NCBI GenBank assembly: GCA_965223265.1
Contig: OZ244999.1
Span: 4,192,001-4,256,000 of the forward strand
Direction of reading: 5' to 3'
Origin: Planctomycetota bacterium
Lineage (GTDB): Bacteria; Planctomycetota; UBA8108; SXIK01
Length of the DNA: 64,000 nucleotides
Part shown: positions 42,988-51,838 of the stretch, in pieces
How positions within the stretch are numbered: the stretch's first letter is position 1
Layout of the letters: each line of letters begins with the position of its first letter
Notes under the pieces: model-generated
Seen by the model: the letters and a program-made list of their open reading frames with translations, nothing else
What the model was told of the DNA's origin: nothing
Database searches by the model: none
Translations under genes and position numbers: made by a program

Positions 42988-45900
42988 TCAGCCGTGGAGC
43001 TTGAAGCAGCACACACTCGGCGAGGTGTCTCCAGTCACGACGACGACCCCGTCCGGTGAAGCCCCGAGTGCTTCGATGCGGCCGTCCAACGTGGTGTGCG
43101 CGATCGCCTTGGCCAAATCCAGATCCCAGACGATGAGTTGACCGTCGTCGGACACGGAGACCATTCGACGTCCGCAAGAGAGGGCGCGCAGAGCGCCGAC
43201 CCGGTCCGTGTGCCCGTGCAGTGTCGCGACGAGCTGGCCGGTCCTCACTTCCCACACGCGTAGCGCATGGTCGGCGTCGATTGGGGGGCTGGTCTCATCG
43301 GCCCCCATGCGCAGGATCGACGCGTCGCCTGCAGAGACCACGCGACGGCCGTCCGCCGCGAAGGCGACGTGCCGGACCCAACATCGATGGCCCTCTAACG
43401 TGTACAGTCGCGCTCCTCGATCCAGGTCCCAGATGATTGCTGTCTCGTCGTCCGAACCCGTCACGGCGCATCGCCCATCAGCCGCCGTCGCCAGCGAGAA
43501 TGACTCCTTGCGATGTCCACGAAGCTCCCACGTCCGCTGGCCCGTCTCCATTTCGAAGACCTCGAGCCGGGACTCGCGATCCGAGGCTTCGGCGCCAGAA
43601 TCTTGGCACGACACAGCGGTCGAGGCCACGATCCGACCATCGCTCGTGAGATCTAGGGCCGTGACGTAGACTTCGACTCTCCACAGCTCCACCCCCGCAT
43701 CGAGGTCCCACACGCGCAGCGTGCCATCGTTCGACGCAGACACGACGCGCCGACCGGACGACGAGACCGCGAGACAATCCACCCGCGCAGAGTGTCCCTC
43801 AAGAGACCAGATCTCTTCACCGGTTCGGAGATCCCATACCTTCAAGCACTCGTCCACCGAGGCGGAGATCAAGCGCTCTCCGTCTGGTGTGATCACGACG
43901 GTAGTGACGCAGCCTTCGTGACCGCGGAGCAGGTGGAGCGAGTCTCCAGACTCGACCTCCCACACGATGACCGTGCCATCCGTCGATGCCGAAGCGACGA
44001 GGGCCTGATCCGGTGAGACTACCACGCTGCGAACGTCCCCCGTGTGACCGACCGCTTCGGGCCCACCTGGCTCTCGTTCGGAAGACGGCTGCTCCCTAAC
44101 CCGCTTGTTCGTGCTCTCTGCCAAGTGCCAGACTTTCAACGAGCGGTCGAGACCCCCGGAGATCGCCCGAGCGCCGTCGGTCGTGACTGCGACCGAGGAC
44201 ACGATCGAAGCGTGACCGAACAGCGTCTGGATCTGGGCACCCGTCTCGACGTCCCATAGCCGCAACGTGTTATCCATCGAGCAGGTGATCACGGTTCGAT
44301 CCTGCGCCACGAACACGGCGTCCCTGACCGGAAAGGTGTGTCCGTCGAAGATCACGCCAGTCTCCTGCTCAAGATCGAATGCGACAACGCGCGTAGCGCC
44401 CACCACTCCGACGGCATACCGTCCGTCCCTCGACAGGGCGAGAGAGCCCAGCTGAACTGAGCCAAGCGGGATCGTGGACACCGCGGTCGAGGTTCCTGGC
44501 TCCCACAAGACGAGCTGGTTGTCGCCGCCCACCGAGGCGACTCGCTCCGCGGCATGGGACGCTGAGACCGCGCGCACTCCACCGGAATGCCCCGGAAGTG
44601 TTCGAATCGCTCTCGACCTCAGATCCCAGACCTGCACGCCGCCATCAGCCAGGCCGGCAATCGCGTACCAGCCATCTGGCGAAATGCCGCTGACGCGAAC
44701 CTCATGTTCTGCACTTCCCAGCCGGTCCAGCTCGATACCCCTAGGGATGTCCCACAGACGAAGCGTGCCGTCTTCGGAGTGCGACACCAGTCGCTCGCCA
44801 TCCGGCAAGACGTGCACGCTCGAGACTGGTCCCTCGTGCCCCGTGAGTACTGCCGTCTGGCGCTTCGCCAAGAGATTCCAGACTCGTATCGTCTTGTCCT
44901 CGGAGCCCGACACGCCCCTCCGACCGTCCGGAGTCACGTCGACCGACAACACCTTTGCCTCGTGTCCCTCCAGGGTCGCCAACGGCTCGCCGCTCTCGAT
45001 ATCCCACAGCCGTACCGTCCGATCTTCGGACCCGGACAAGACAAACTGCCCATCGCGCGTCACACAGACCGTGTTGACGTCCCCGGTATGCCCGGTGAGG
45101 GTGCGTTCGAGATCCGCCGACTCTAGGCTTCCGCGCCAGCGCAGACGAAGTGTTGGGAGTGCCAGCTCTGAAAGTCTGGCCGCGGCCACGGTGGTCACGT
45201 TATAGGCGTTCTGTGTGATCGCGCGATTGTGGATCTGCTGGGCGAAATAGACGGGGTCCTTCTCTGCATCCCATCGCCGCAAATTGTGGGCTTCGCGGTC
45301 GAGTGTGCGGAGAACGGGCTGAAGCCGGACCCTCAACGTCGGCTCGGCCTGCACTACGGCCTTCACGTCCCATGCGAGCGTGTAGACGCCCAGCTTCCCG
45401 CACTTCGACTCTAGGAACGCCATGCTCGTCAAGGCAGCGGCCAGATTCTCCCATTGATTCATCGCGGCGAGATGGGCCGGCAGATGGCGAAGCGCGTAGT
45501 CGGGCAGCCCGTGCGGATCTTTCTCGAACCTGTCCCAGATCCAATCCGCCAGGCACTCGTGACCTTTCTCCGCCGGCGAGTGGTAGCGACCGGCCTTGGC
45601 CTCGTCGAACTCTGAGTCCCACCCGGTGAGCCACTCTGCGAGCGACCCGTGGAAGAAAGCGTAGGTGCCGCGGGCCGGAGGCAGGAAAGCCTCGAGCCGC
45701 TTGAGACATGGCGTCAGTTCATCGTCGAGATGCAGTCCAGTTATCTCTGCGAGCTGCTTTCGGTTGAGTGGCTCGCGTGCCGCCACGATCACAGACAGGA
45801 CGTGGCGGCTCGGCTCGAAATCTACCGTTCCAAACAAGCGGTCGAAGAAAATCAGGTAGAGGCCCTCCATGCGTGGAGGTAGCTCGGCCAGCTGCTGCCA

Positions 45901-47190
45901 GCTGATCTGACCCGCTTCGAGCGCGTCGAGGGCGGTGACCGTAAAGAGGAAGTTGACACCCTGGTGCTCCCCTTCGCTTAGAACTCCGAGCGCAAGGGTC
46001 GCGAGTTCATCAGCGGACTTGTTGCTGGTGACGCAGATCTCGGCGAGCGATGTCTCGCGTAGGCGAGCGAGTGCGTAGCTGTGAACGTCGTCGACGTTGC
46101 GGGGATCCGTGGCCTCGATCTCGGCGTGACCCAGGCCACGCAGCCGGGCGCGGATCGTCGACGTCGGCCGCGCCGTGGCCACGACCCTCAACCACGCGGG
46201 CAGGCGGTCGAGCCGTGATGCGAGCACGTCGAAGATCCCAGGAGACCCCTCGTAGAGCAGCGATTCGTCGAGGGCGTCGATCAGGAGATACGACGTGGCG
46301 TCGACCGGCTTGGGGATGCTATGCAACGGCGCCAGGACGCCATTTTCGAATGCGCTTCCGGGATCCCGGGCGACGTTCTCGTCGTCGAGCACCTCACGCA
46401 ACCGCGGATCCGCAAGCGCCGCTGCATATGCTTCGATGCGACCTGCGAGCATGGCCGCCAAGCTCTGGACTAATCGTCCGGGCTCGAGGCTCTCAGGGAT
46501 GTCCCATTGGCAGCAATGGTACGCCAGAACCTGCTCGTCGGGATTCGTCATGACGAGCTGGGCCACCAGTGCCGACTTGCCGCTGCCGGGACCGCCGGTG
46601 ATGAGGAGCAGCGGCAAGCGCTCGCGATGGCGCCACGCGTCGATCGCATCGAACAACCACTCGCGGCCCGTGAAACGCCGTCGCCTGGAGGCCAGGAACG
46701 GCTCGGAGTCCCGCGGCATCGGCAGGTCGACGAAGGCTCTCTCAGCTGCTTCGCCGCGGGCCGCGGCCTCGATCGCCCCGGTGAGCCTGGTCACCGCGCG
46801 ACTGTATCGTTCGTCGAAGTCCTCCCACTGCGTGAGGTCTACCTGCTGCACTCGATAGACCAGCAGCGGCGGGACACAGGGAATCGTCATCGCCGGAACG
46901 ATCGGAACGTTCTCCCCGCGCGCGAAGGCGATCTCATCGAGGCAGACGCTGTCTGTATCGCTGGTACTTCCCGGCAGGCCTCGACGCCGGACGGCGTGGG
47001 GACTTAGGAGGAGGACGACCACATCGGATGTGCGAATCCCTTGCTCGATCTCGCCATCCCAGCCCCAGCCGACACGGATCTGCTCGAGGTCTTGCCAGAC
47101 CGTGAAGCCAGCAGCGTTCAAATCAGCGTGCAGCCGTTCCGCGAGTGGTTGCGTATCGCCTCGGCCGTAGCTCAGAAAGACCTTCACCAT
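42988..47190 (-). CDS. TIR-NACHT(STAND)-WD40 NLR-like protein
   Basis: TIR (VFLSY, WQD..QI..G..W..EI..GI..SD, CLDEI); FTGREWLF, Walker A GGPGSGKS, Walker B LLIDALDE; FFH.SL.EWL; many GH..V..V..TPDG...VSGS.D.T..VW repeats. Confidence 0.9.
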   Translation of the reverse strand: MVKVFLSYGRGDTQPLAERLHADLNAAGFTVWQDLEQIRVGWGWDGEIEQGIRTSDVVVLLLSPHAVRRRGLPGSTSDTDSVCLDEIAFARGENVPIVPAMTIPCVPPLLVYRVQQVDLTQWEDFDERYSRAVTRLTGAIEAAARGEAAERAFVDLPMPRDSEPFLASRRRRFTGREWLFDAIDAWRHRERLPLLLITGGPGSGKSALVAQLVMTNPDEQVLAYHCCQWDIPESLEPGRLVQSLAAMLAGRIEAYAAALADPRLREVLDDENVARDPGSAFENGVLAPLHSIPKPVDATSYLLIDALDESLLYEGSPGIFDVLASRLDRLPAWLRVVATARPTSTIRARLRGLGHAEIEATDPRNVDDVHSYALARLRETSLAEICVTSNKSADELATLALGVLSEGEHQGVNFLFTVTALDALEAGQISWQQLAELPPRMEGLYLIFFDRLFGTVDFEPSRHVLSVIVAAREPLNRKQLAEITGLHLDDELTPCLKRLEAFLPPARGTYAFFHGSLAEWLTGWDSEFDEAKAGRYHSPAEKGHECLADWIWDRFEKDPHGLPDYALRHLPAHLAAMNQWENLAAALTSMAFLESKCGKLGVYTLAWDVKAVVQAEPTLRVRLQPVLRTLDREAHNLRRWDAEKDPVYFAQQIHNRAITQNAYNVTTVAAARLSELALPTLRLRWRGSLESADLERTLTGHTGDVNTVCVTRDGQFVLSGSEDRTVRLWDIESGEPLATLEGHEAKVLSVDVTPDGRRGVSGSEDKTIRVWNLLAKRQTAVLTGHEGPVSSVHVLPDGERLVSHSEDGTLRLWDIPRGIELDRLGSAEHEVRVSGISPDGWYAIAGLADGGVQVWDLRSRAIRTLPGHSGGVRAVSASHAAERVASVGGDNQLVLWEPGTSTAVSTIPLGSVQLGSLALSRDGRYAVGVVGATRVVAFDLEQETGVIFDGHTFPVRDAVFVAQDRTVITCSMDNTLRLWDVETGAQIQTLFGHASIVSSVAVTTDGARAISGGLDRSLKVWHLAESTNKRVREQPSSEREPGGPEAVGHTGDVRSVVVSPDQALVASASTDGTVIVWEVESGDSLHLLRGHEGCVTTVVITPDGERLISASVDECLKVWDLRTGEEIWSLEGHSARVDCLAVSSSGRRVVSASNDGTLRVWDLDAGVELWRVEVYVTALDLTSDGRIVASTAVSCQDSGAEASDRESRLEVFEMETGQRTWELRGHRKESFSLATAADGRCAVTGSDDETAIIWDLDRGARLYTLEGHRCWVRHVAFAADGRRVVSAGDASILRMGADETSPPIDADHALRVWEVRTGQLVATLHGHTDRVGALRALSCGRRMVSVSDDGQLIVWDLDLAKAIAHTTLDGRIEALGASPDGVVVVTGDTSPSVCCFKLHG

Positions 47191-47312
47191 CGGTGAGCCT
47201 CTGGCATTCATCCCTGCGTAGGGCCCATTCACCTCGTTGCAGCGCGACGATCGAGAATGAACATTCTACCCGCGAGCGACAGCGCAAGTCCATGAACGCA
47301 TAGACGCCGACG

Positions 47313-47675
47313 AATCACCGATTTCTGATCCGTCTCTGCAGTCTCCGTGAAACACTTGTTTCATCGGAGCGCGCCTCCGACGATTCCCGAGCTCCCAATC
47401 CTCAACCTCGCCCGTTGATCTTCTTCCTGAATCTGAAGATCGTGCATTCGTGAATCGAAGCCGCGGCGGAACGAAAAAGTATCGACTTCATCCAGAAGGT
47501 GATCCCTCGATTCCTAACTCCGCGTCTCCCGCGGAGAAAGGATCCCTCAAGAAGGTATCGACTTCTCGAAGAACGGACGTCATACCTTTCCCGAACTTGT
47601 AAACGCGCGGGATTCGTGGAGTAAGATCCTCGCTGTGTTTTCGTGATAGCGGAGAGATCGAGGGCTTGTCCGCGA
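47313..47675 (+). repeat. Island repeat copy B (near full length)
   Basis: Colinear with 61751-62095; 30-nt identity GAAGATCGTGCATTCGTGAATCGAAGCCGC (47435-47464 = 61877-61906); palindrome TGAAACACTTGTTTCA at 47348. Confidence 0.92.
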
Positions 47676-47799
47676 TCGCAAACACATGTCCTTAAACTTC
47701 GACCAGAGCGACGATCGAGCTTCAGTGTCTCCGGCCGCTCGAGAAACCACCGTCTCTCATTGGAGACCCGATGGCGCACGTGCCTGTCTCAGTGCGGTC

Positions 47800-48540
47800 T
47801 CAGGCATGGATTCCTCGCTCTTCGAGTTGCCTGAGAGCCTCGATTGCTTCCGGACGACGAAGGCCATGCTTCAGCCAGTTTCTTTTCCGGAGATCCGCCT
47901 CACCCCACACGCGAGTCTCTTCGGTAACAAAGCCGCCTTCCCTAGCGTGTGCTCGGGAAACGCAGAGCATTCGCTGGAGCTCGCCTCGGAAGAGTGGGCC
48001 CACAAGCGCAAGAAAGGCTTCCGCCGCTGGTGGCTCGTTTGCGAATCGAAGAACGGTCCGGCGACACCACTCCCAAGAGAGCTGGCGGCCGCTCTTGGCA
48101 GTCTTCTTCAAATAGGCCGACGGCGACCGAATCGGGTTTCTCGTGCCCTTTGCTTCACAGACGATGTAGCGTTCAGTGTTCATGTCCTGTGCAATGATGT
48201 CAGGACCGTGAATGCGGTATGTAAGGTCATTCAGAAAAACCGGACGCATCTGTTCTGTCGTTTGAATCCACTCGAAAGCACCGCAAACTCCCGCGTGCTC
48301 CAATGTTGGACTAAGAACCTCGCCGGTCTTCGTCGTTGGTGTGCGGTGATTGAACGTCCTTGGATAGAGGCCAAGCCAACCTGATGGGCGAGTCGTTGAG
48401 GAGTGTGCGTATGCGACCCGCCACTCAGCCGCGTTGAGCAGTGCGGCGTACAGATACGCGGCAATGGGGTTATCCTCGGTGAGCGGCGCCAGGACAGCTA
48501 ACTGTTCGTCCAACTCCGCTGCTGTGTCCGGAAATCTCAT
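47800..48540 (-). CDS. Hypothetical PD-(D/E)XK nuclease-fold protein (toxin-REase-like)
   Basis: E.AG...A...IHGPDII.....YIVCEAKG......GRQLSWEW pattern; ATG 48540. Confidence 0.6.
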   Translation of the reverse strand: MRFPDTAAELDEQLAVLAPLTEDNPIAAYLYAALLNAAEWRVAYAHSSTTRPSGWLGLYPRTFNHRTPTTKTGEVLSPTLEHAGVCGAFEWIQTTEQMRPVFLNDLTYRIHGPDIIAQDMNTERYIVCEAKGTRNPIRSPSAYLKKTAKSGRQLSWEWCRRTVLRFANEPPAAEAFLALVGPLFRGELQRMLCVSRAHAREGGFVTEETRVWGEADLRKRNWLKHGLRRPEAIEALRQLEERGIHA

Positions 48541-48793
48541 GATTTTGGTGGCTGTACTCTGCGTCCTTGGTTGGATCCGACGAACACGTTGCCCCTGCAC
48601 CTAACCTCAATCCGGCTGGATTCCTTCTACTGACGCATGCCATCGGCGACGATATGCAGGATGAGCGCACGTCTAGGCGCAGCCAACCTAGTCACACACC
48701 TGGTAGCTGCTCGAAGCAGGCTTCTACGTTTTCGCCCGCGAACTGTCGACTCCTCCGGCCAATGGGAGACGCTGGTGCAGGCGGGACAAATCG

Positions 48794-49037
48794 AGAAACC
48801 GCAAGTAATCGCCGGTTTCTGATCCGAGTCTCCGGCGTCCGTGAAACATGTGTTTCATTTGGAGGCCCCCGGAAGGCCGAAGAAATCTTTGGTACGGGCT
48901 GGACGGCCGAGGTGTCTTTCGTCGCAGAACTCCGCGCACCCCCGCGGACGGGCGCCCCCGGTCTTCAAATCCCCAAACACTGCCGTTGATCTCCCGACTT
49001 CTGATCTGAACTTCAGCGCTTTGCGAAACACGTGTTT
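48794..49037 (+). repeat. Island repeat copy C (left half with insertion)
   Basis: AGAAACCG-N11-CGGTTTCT, GTCCGTGAAACATGTGTTTCAT, then CTTCAAATCC...CCGTTGATCT (48983); extra AAACACGTGTTT at 49026-49037 abuts the next stop codon. Confidence 0.85.
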
Positions 49038-50963
49038 TCATGGTTGGGGGGCCCGTGACTTCGATTGCAGCTGAGCCCTCTGGCTATCGACAGCAGCTCC
49101 GGATTCGGTCCGACTTCGAAAATAGCTGTCGATGCGCGCGATCGCCGCGAGATTCGAAAGCGTTTCGATCTCTCCATGGATGTCGGATATTTGTTTTCGC
49201 GACTCGTACGTCGACAAGCACCTATTGTGTATTCTCGACCAAAGTTTTTCTATCTCCTCGATGATCGACTGATGGTCGAGATCTCGACCGGGAGAATGCA
49301 GAACAATAAGATTACTTTGGATACGCCCGCCTTTCACACTCTGTGTATCGACGAGCGCTTTCCATCCGAGCCGGTCAAAGAGATCTCGAAGATCTTCGCC
49401 TTGGTACGGCACGGCTATTTTCTCTGGCTCGACCAGAGGGTAGAGCTCCTGAACCACTACAACGCCACCCTCTCCCAAGATCCTTGTCCACGCGAGGATC
49501 ATTTCTGCGAACTCAACCAGTTCGAGCTCATGCACGACATTTGAAACTACAACCACGTCGTATGGACCCTTCACCTGCTCCAGTCGTCGTTCCTCAAGCA
49601 CGCGAGCCGCCGCTCCACCGTCTTTCGCGACCGCTTGAAGCTCCAGCTGGAGTTCAGTATCTACGTCAAAGAACTCCCAGGCACAACCTGCTCTCAGGGG
49701 AGTCGGACGATTCTTCTGAAGTTCGAGAAACGTCCGTCCACGCCCTGCGCCGATGTCTAGGATCTTAGTGTTTCCTTGGTCACGCGAGGGGAGCTGGGCG
49801 GAGAGCACCTTGCCCAATTGTTCGGACTGTTTGTCTTGCGAGGGTCTGTCCGACACCGGGACCGGCTCAGCTGAAAACAAACCGACTAACGCCTCTGTTA
49901 GGCGTTGATTCGCTGCCGCAGTGGTCAGTTCAGCCAAAGCAAGGAGCTGTTGATCACGCGCATGAAAAAGATTGTAAGCAGAGAGAATTCGCGTGTACTC
50001 AGACGACAGGGCATACACTTTACGATTGGGCGCGGGAGCCTGGCCGGTTGGACTCGGGACTCTTTCCTGCCACGGCTGGCTGGGCATGCTTTCGACTTCG
50101 AAGTAGTGAAGAGAGTCGACATACGTAGAGAAGAGCACGTGTGGGTGATGAGACGCGATCAGAGTCTGGGGGACGTGCTCTTTGATGTGCTCCAGAAGAA
50201 TCGTCATGTACTCGGGGTGAAAGTGGTTTTCGATTTCATCGAGAATGAGAATCGGCTTCACGTCGAACTCAAGGATCGCGAGGGCAGCGAACAACGCCTT
50301 TTGGCCAGCACTCCACTTCGCGGCTGGAAAGGTTCTTCGAGGATCGTAACGCAGCACAGGTTCGACTTTGTTCCCCTTGCCAAGTCGAACACCGAGAGAG
50401 CCGCCGACGGCTTTCTGAAAGCGGCGCACGAACACCGCGCGCTGCGACGATGGATAGTCGTATCCCGCCGCCAACGTGGAAATCAACGCTTCGCTCCGAT
50501 ATTGCGCGTCCTTCTCCCAGCGATCGACGTCCAGATCTGAGAATTGATCTTCGAGTAGTGATCGGACGACACCTCGCGTAATGCGCTGAAATGCCGGCTT
50601 GCCGTTCTTTTGATCGCCGCCGTCCTTGGATATATCCAGCTGGTGAAACTGTCCCTTATACTGCGTAATGTCGTCGATATAGATGATCTCCGGCAGCTCG
50701 TCAGGTCCGCTGGCGAGTAGAACCTCGACGTTCTGATCGCTGATATGCTCGCCGGTGTATTTGCCATTTCGCTTCAGCGACCAGGACTTACGAATCGCTG
50801 CGTTAACTCCTTTGATGACGTACGATTTGCCCGTCCCGTTCCTTCCACAGAAGGCGTTTACCCTGTTCCAGTCTCCCTCGCAGGTCGGATAGGAAAGGTC
50901 TATCTTGCCCGATTCGAGACCCTTCGGTGCACCAAGCTTGATAGTCTTTATGAAGTTCGACAT
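49038..50963 (-). CDS. ABC-type (AAA_21/OLD-like) ATPase fused to a class I SAM-dependent methyltransferase
   Basis: GRNGTGKS, WSAGQK, ILILDEIENHFHP, ASHHPH; then ILDIGAGRG, FFDVD, YDVVVVSNVVHE. Confidence 0.8.
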   Translation of the reverse strand: MSNFIKTIKLGAPKGLESGKIDLSYPTCEGDWNRVNAFCGRNGTGKSYVIKGVNAAIRKSWSLKRNGKYTGEHISDQNVEVLLASGPDELPEIIYIDDITQYKGQFHQLDISKDGGDQKNGKPAFQRITRGVVRSLLEDQFSDLDVDRWEKDAQYRSEALISTLAAGYDYPSSQRAVFVRRFQKAVGGSLGVRLGKGNKVEPVLRYDPRRTFPAAKWSAGQKALFAALAILEFDVKPILILDEIENHFHPEYMTILLEHIKEHVPQTLIASHHPHVLFSTYVDSLHYFEVESMPSQPWQERVPSPTGQAPAPNRKVYALSSEYTRILSAYNLFHARDQQLLALAELTTAAANQRLTEALVGLFSAEPVPVSDRPSQDKQSEQLGKVLSAQLPSRDQGNTKILDIGAGRGRTFLELQKNRPTPLRAGCAWEFFDVDTELQLELQAVAKDGGAAARVLEERRLEQVKGPYDVVVVSNVVHELELVEFAEMILAWTRILGEGGVVVVQELYPLVEPEKIAVPYQGEDLRDLFDRLGWKALVDTQSVKGGRIQSNLIVLHSPGRDLDHQSIIEEIEKLWSRIHNRCLSTYESRKQISDIHGEIETLSNLAAIARIDSYFRSRTESGAAVDSQRAQLQSKSRAPQP

Positions 50964-51142
50964 ATTCCCTCCGTCCTCAAAAATCTTGCCGCGAATACCA
51001 GTAGCTCGCAGAAACTGGTCTCGCTCCTCTCTATCGCAGAATGAGCGGGAGCCAGTGGCACCCTGAAGGGGATTCTTACGACGACCTCCTTGGAGTCATT
51101 GTAACGCGTCCGCAAAGAACCGCGTCGCGCCTCGACACCAAC

Positions 51143-51240
51143 GGTCTTCACAGTTGGTGACTGTGCAATCCCGTTGATCTCTCTGCCGAATCTGACGGTC
51201 GTGCATTGTGAATCGAAGCCGTCATCAAAACGAGAAAGTA
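51143..51240 (+). repeat. Island repeat copy D (middle segment)
   Basis: CCGTTGATCTCTCTGCCGAATCTGACGGTCGTGCATTGTGAATCGAAGCCG aligns to copies B and E. Confidence 0.8.
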
Positions 51241-51487
51241 CCTTCGAAGAGGCCGATACGGCTTTTAGCGGGGACGCCGGGCAGGCTGAGGCCGACGAGC
51301 AGCCGGCGCCCTGAACGGTCCAGAAACAGGTAATTCCCTCGCGGTGCATCATGCGATAGGATCAAGTCACTGCGCCGTATCCCGGTCAACCAGCGCCGGA
51401 CGGCCGGGATTTATACTATTTCGGACGCGAGTCGTCGTTTTCCTCTCAGCTCAGCTGAGCGAAGGAAGCGACCGAAGGAGACGCGAT

Positions 51488-51835
51488 ATGGCGACTGTGA
51501 CGATCGGCTTTGCTGACGGATTCTCGCGTGAGGATGTTCTCAACAAACTGACGGCCGACGAAAGCGGCATTCAGATCGACGTTCGGCAGCCACTCGATTC
51601 GGGACTCGAGATCGGGCTCGCCATCGCTGGCGTCGTGTTGAGCGCTGCCCAGTTGGCGGTTGCCCTGTGGGAGCTGAAGTCGAACGCGGTCGCCCGTTGT
51701 TCCGGCGAGAGCGCGAACGCGGCGATTTCGATTCGGGAGACGGGTGGCGAGATGAAGATGCTCTCCGCGACGTCGGTTGAGGAGCTCGAGGCTGAACTGA
51801 AACGGCGCATCGACCGTGACCGCGACGCCGAGTAG
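51488..51835 (+). CDS. Small EACC1-like protein
   Basis: AAGGAG RBS; central hydrophobic helix GLEIGLAIAGVVLSAAQLAVALW followed by a short beta hairpin and helix. Confidence 0.55.
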   Translation: MATVTIGFADGFSREDVLNKLTADESGIQIDVRQPLDSGLEIGLAIAGVVLSAAQLAVALWELKSNAVARCSGESANAAISIRETGGEMKMLSATSVEELEAELKRRIDRDRDAE

Positions 51836-51838
51836 CCG

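Noticed and set aside
47402-47779. Small protein family encoded by the island repeat (also 42615-42806, 61836-62229)
   Set aside because: Starts, stops and frames differ between copies and substitutions are not biased to synonymous sites.
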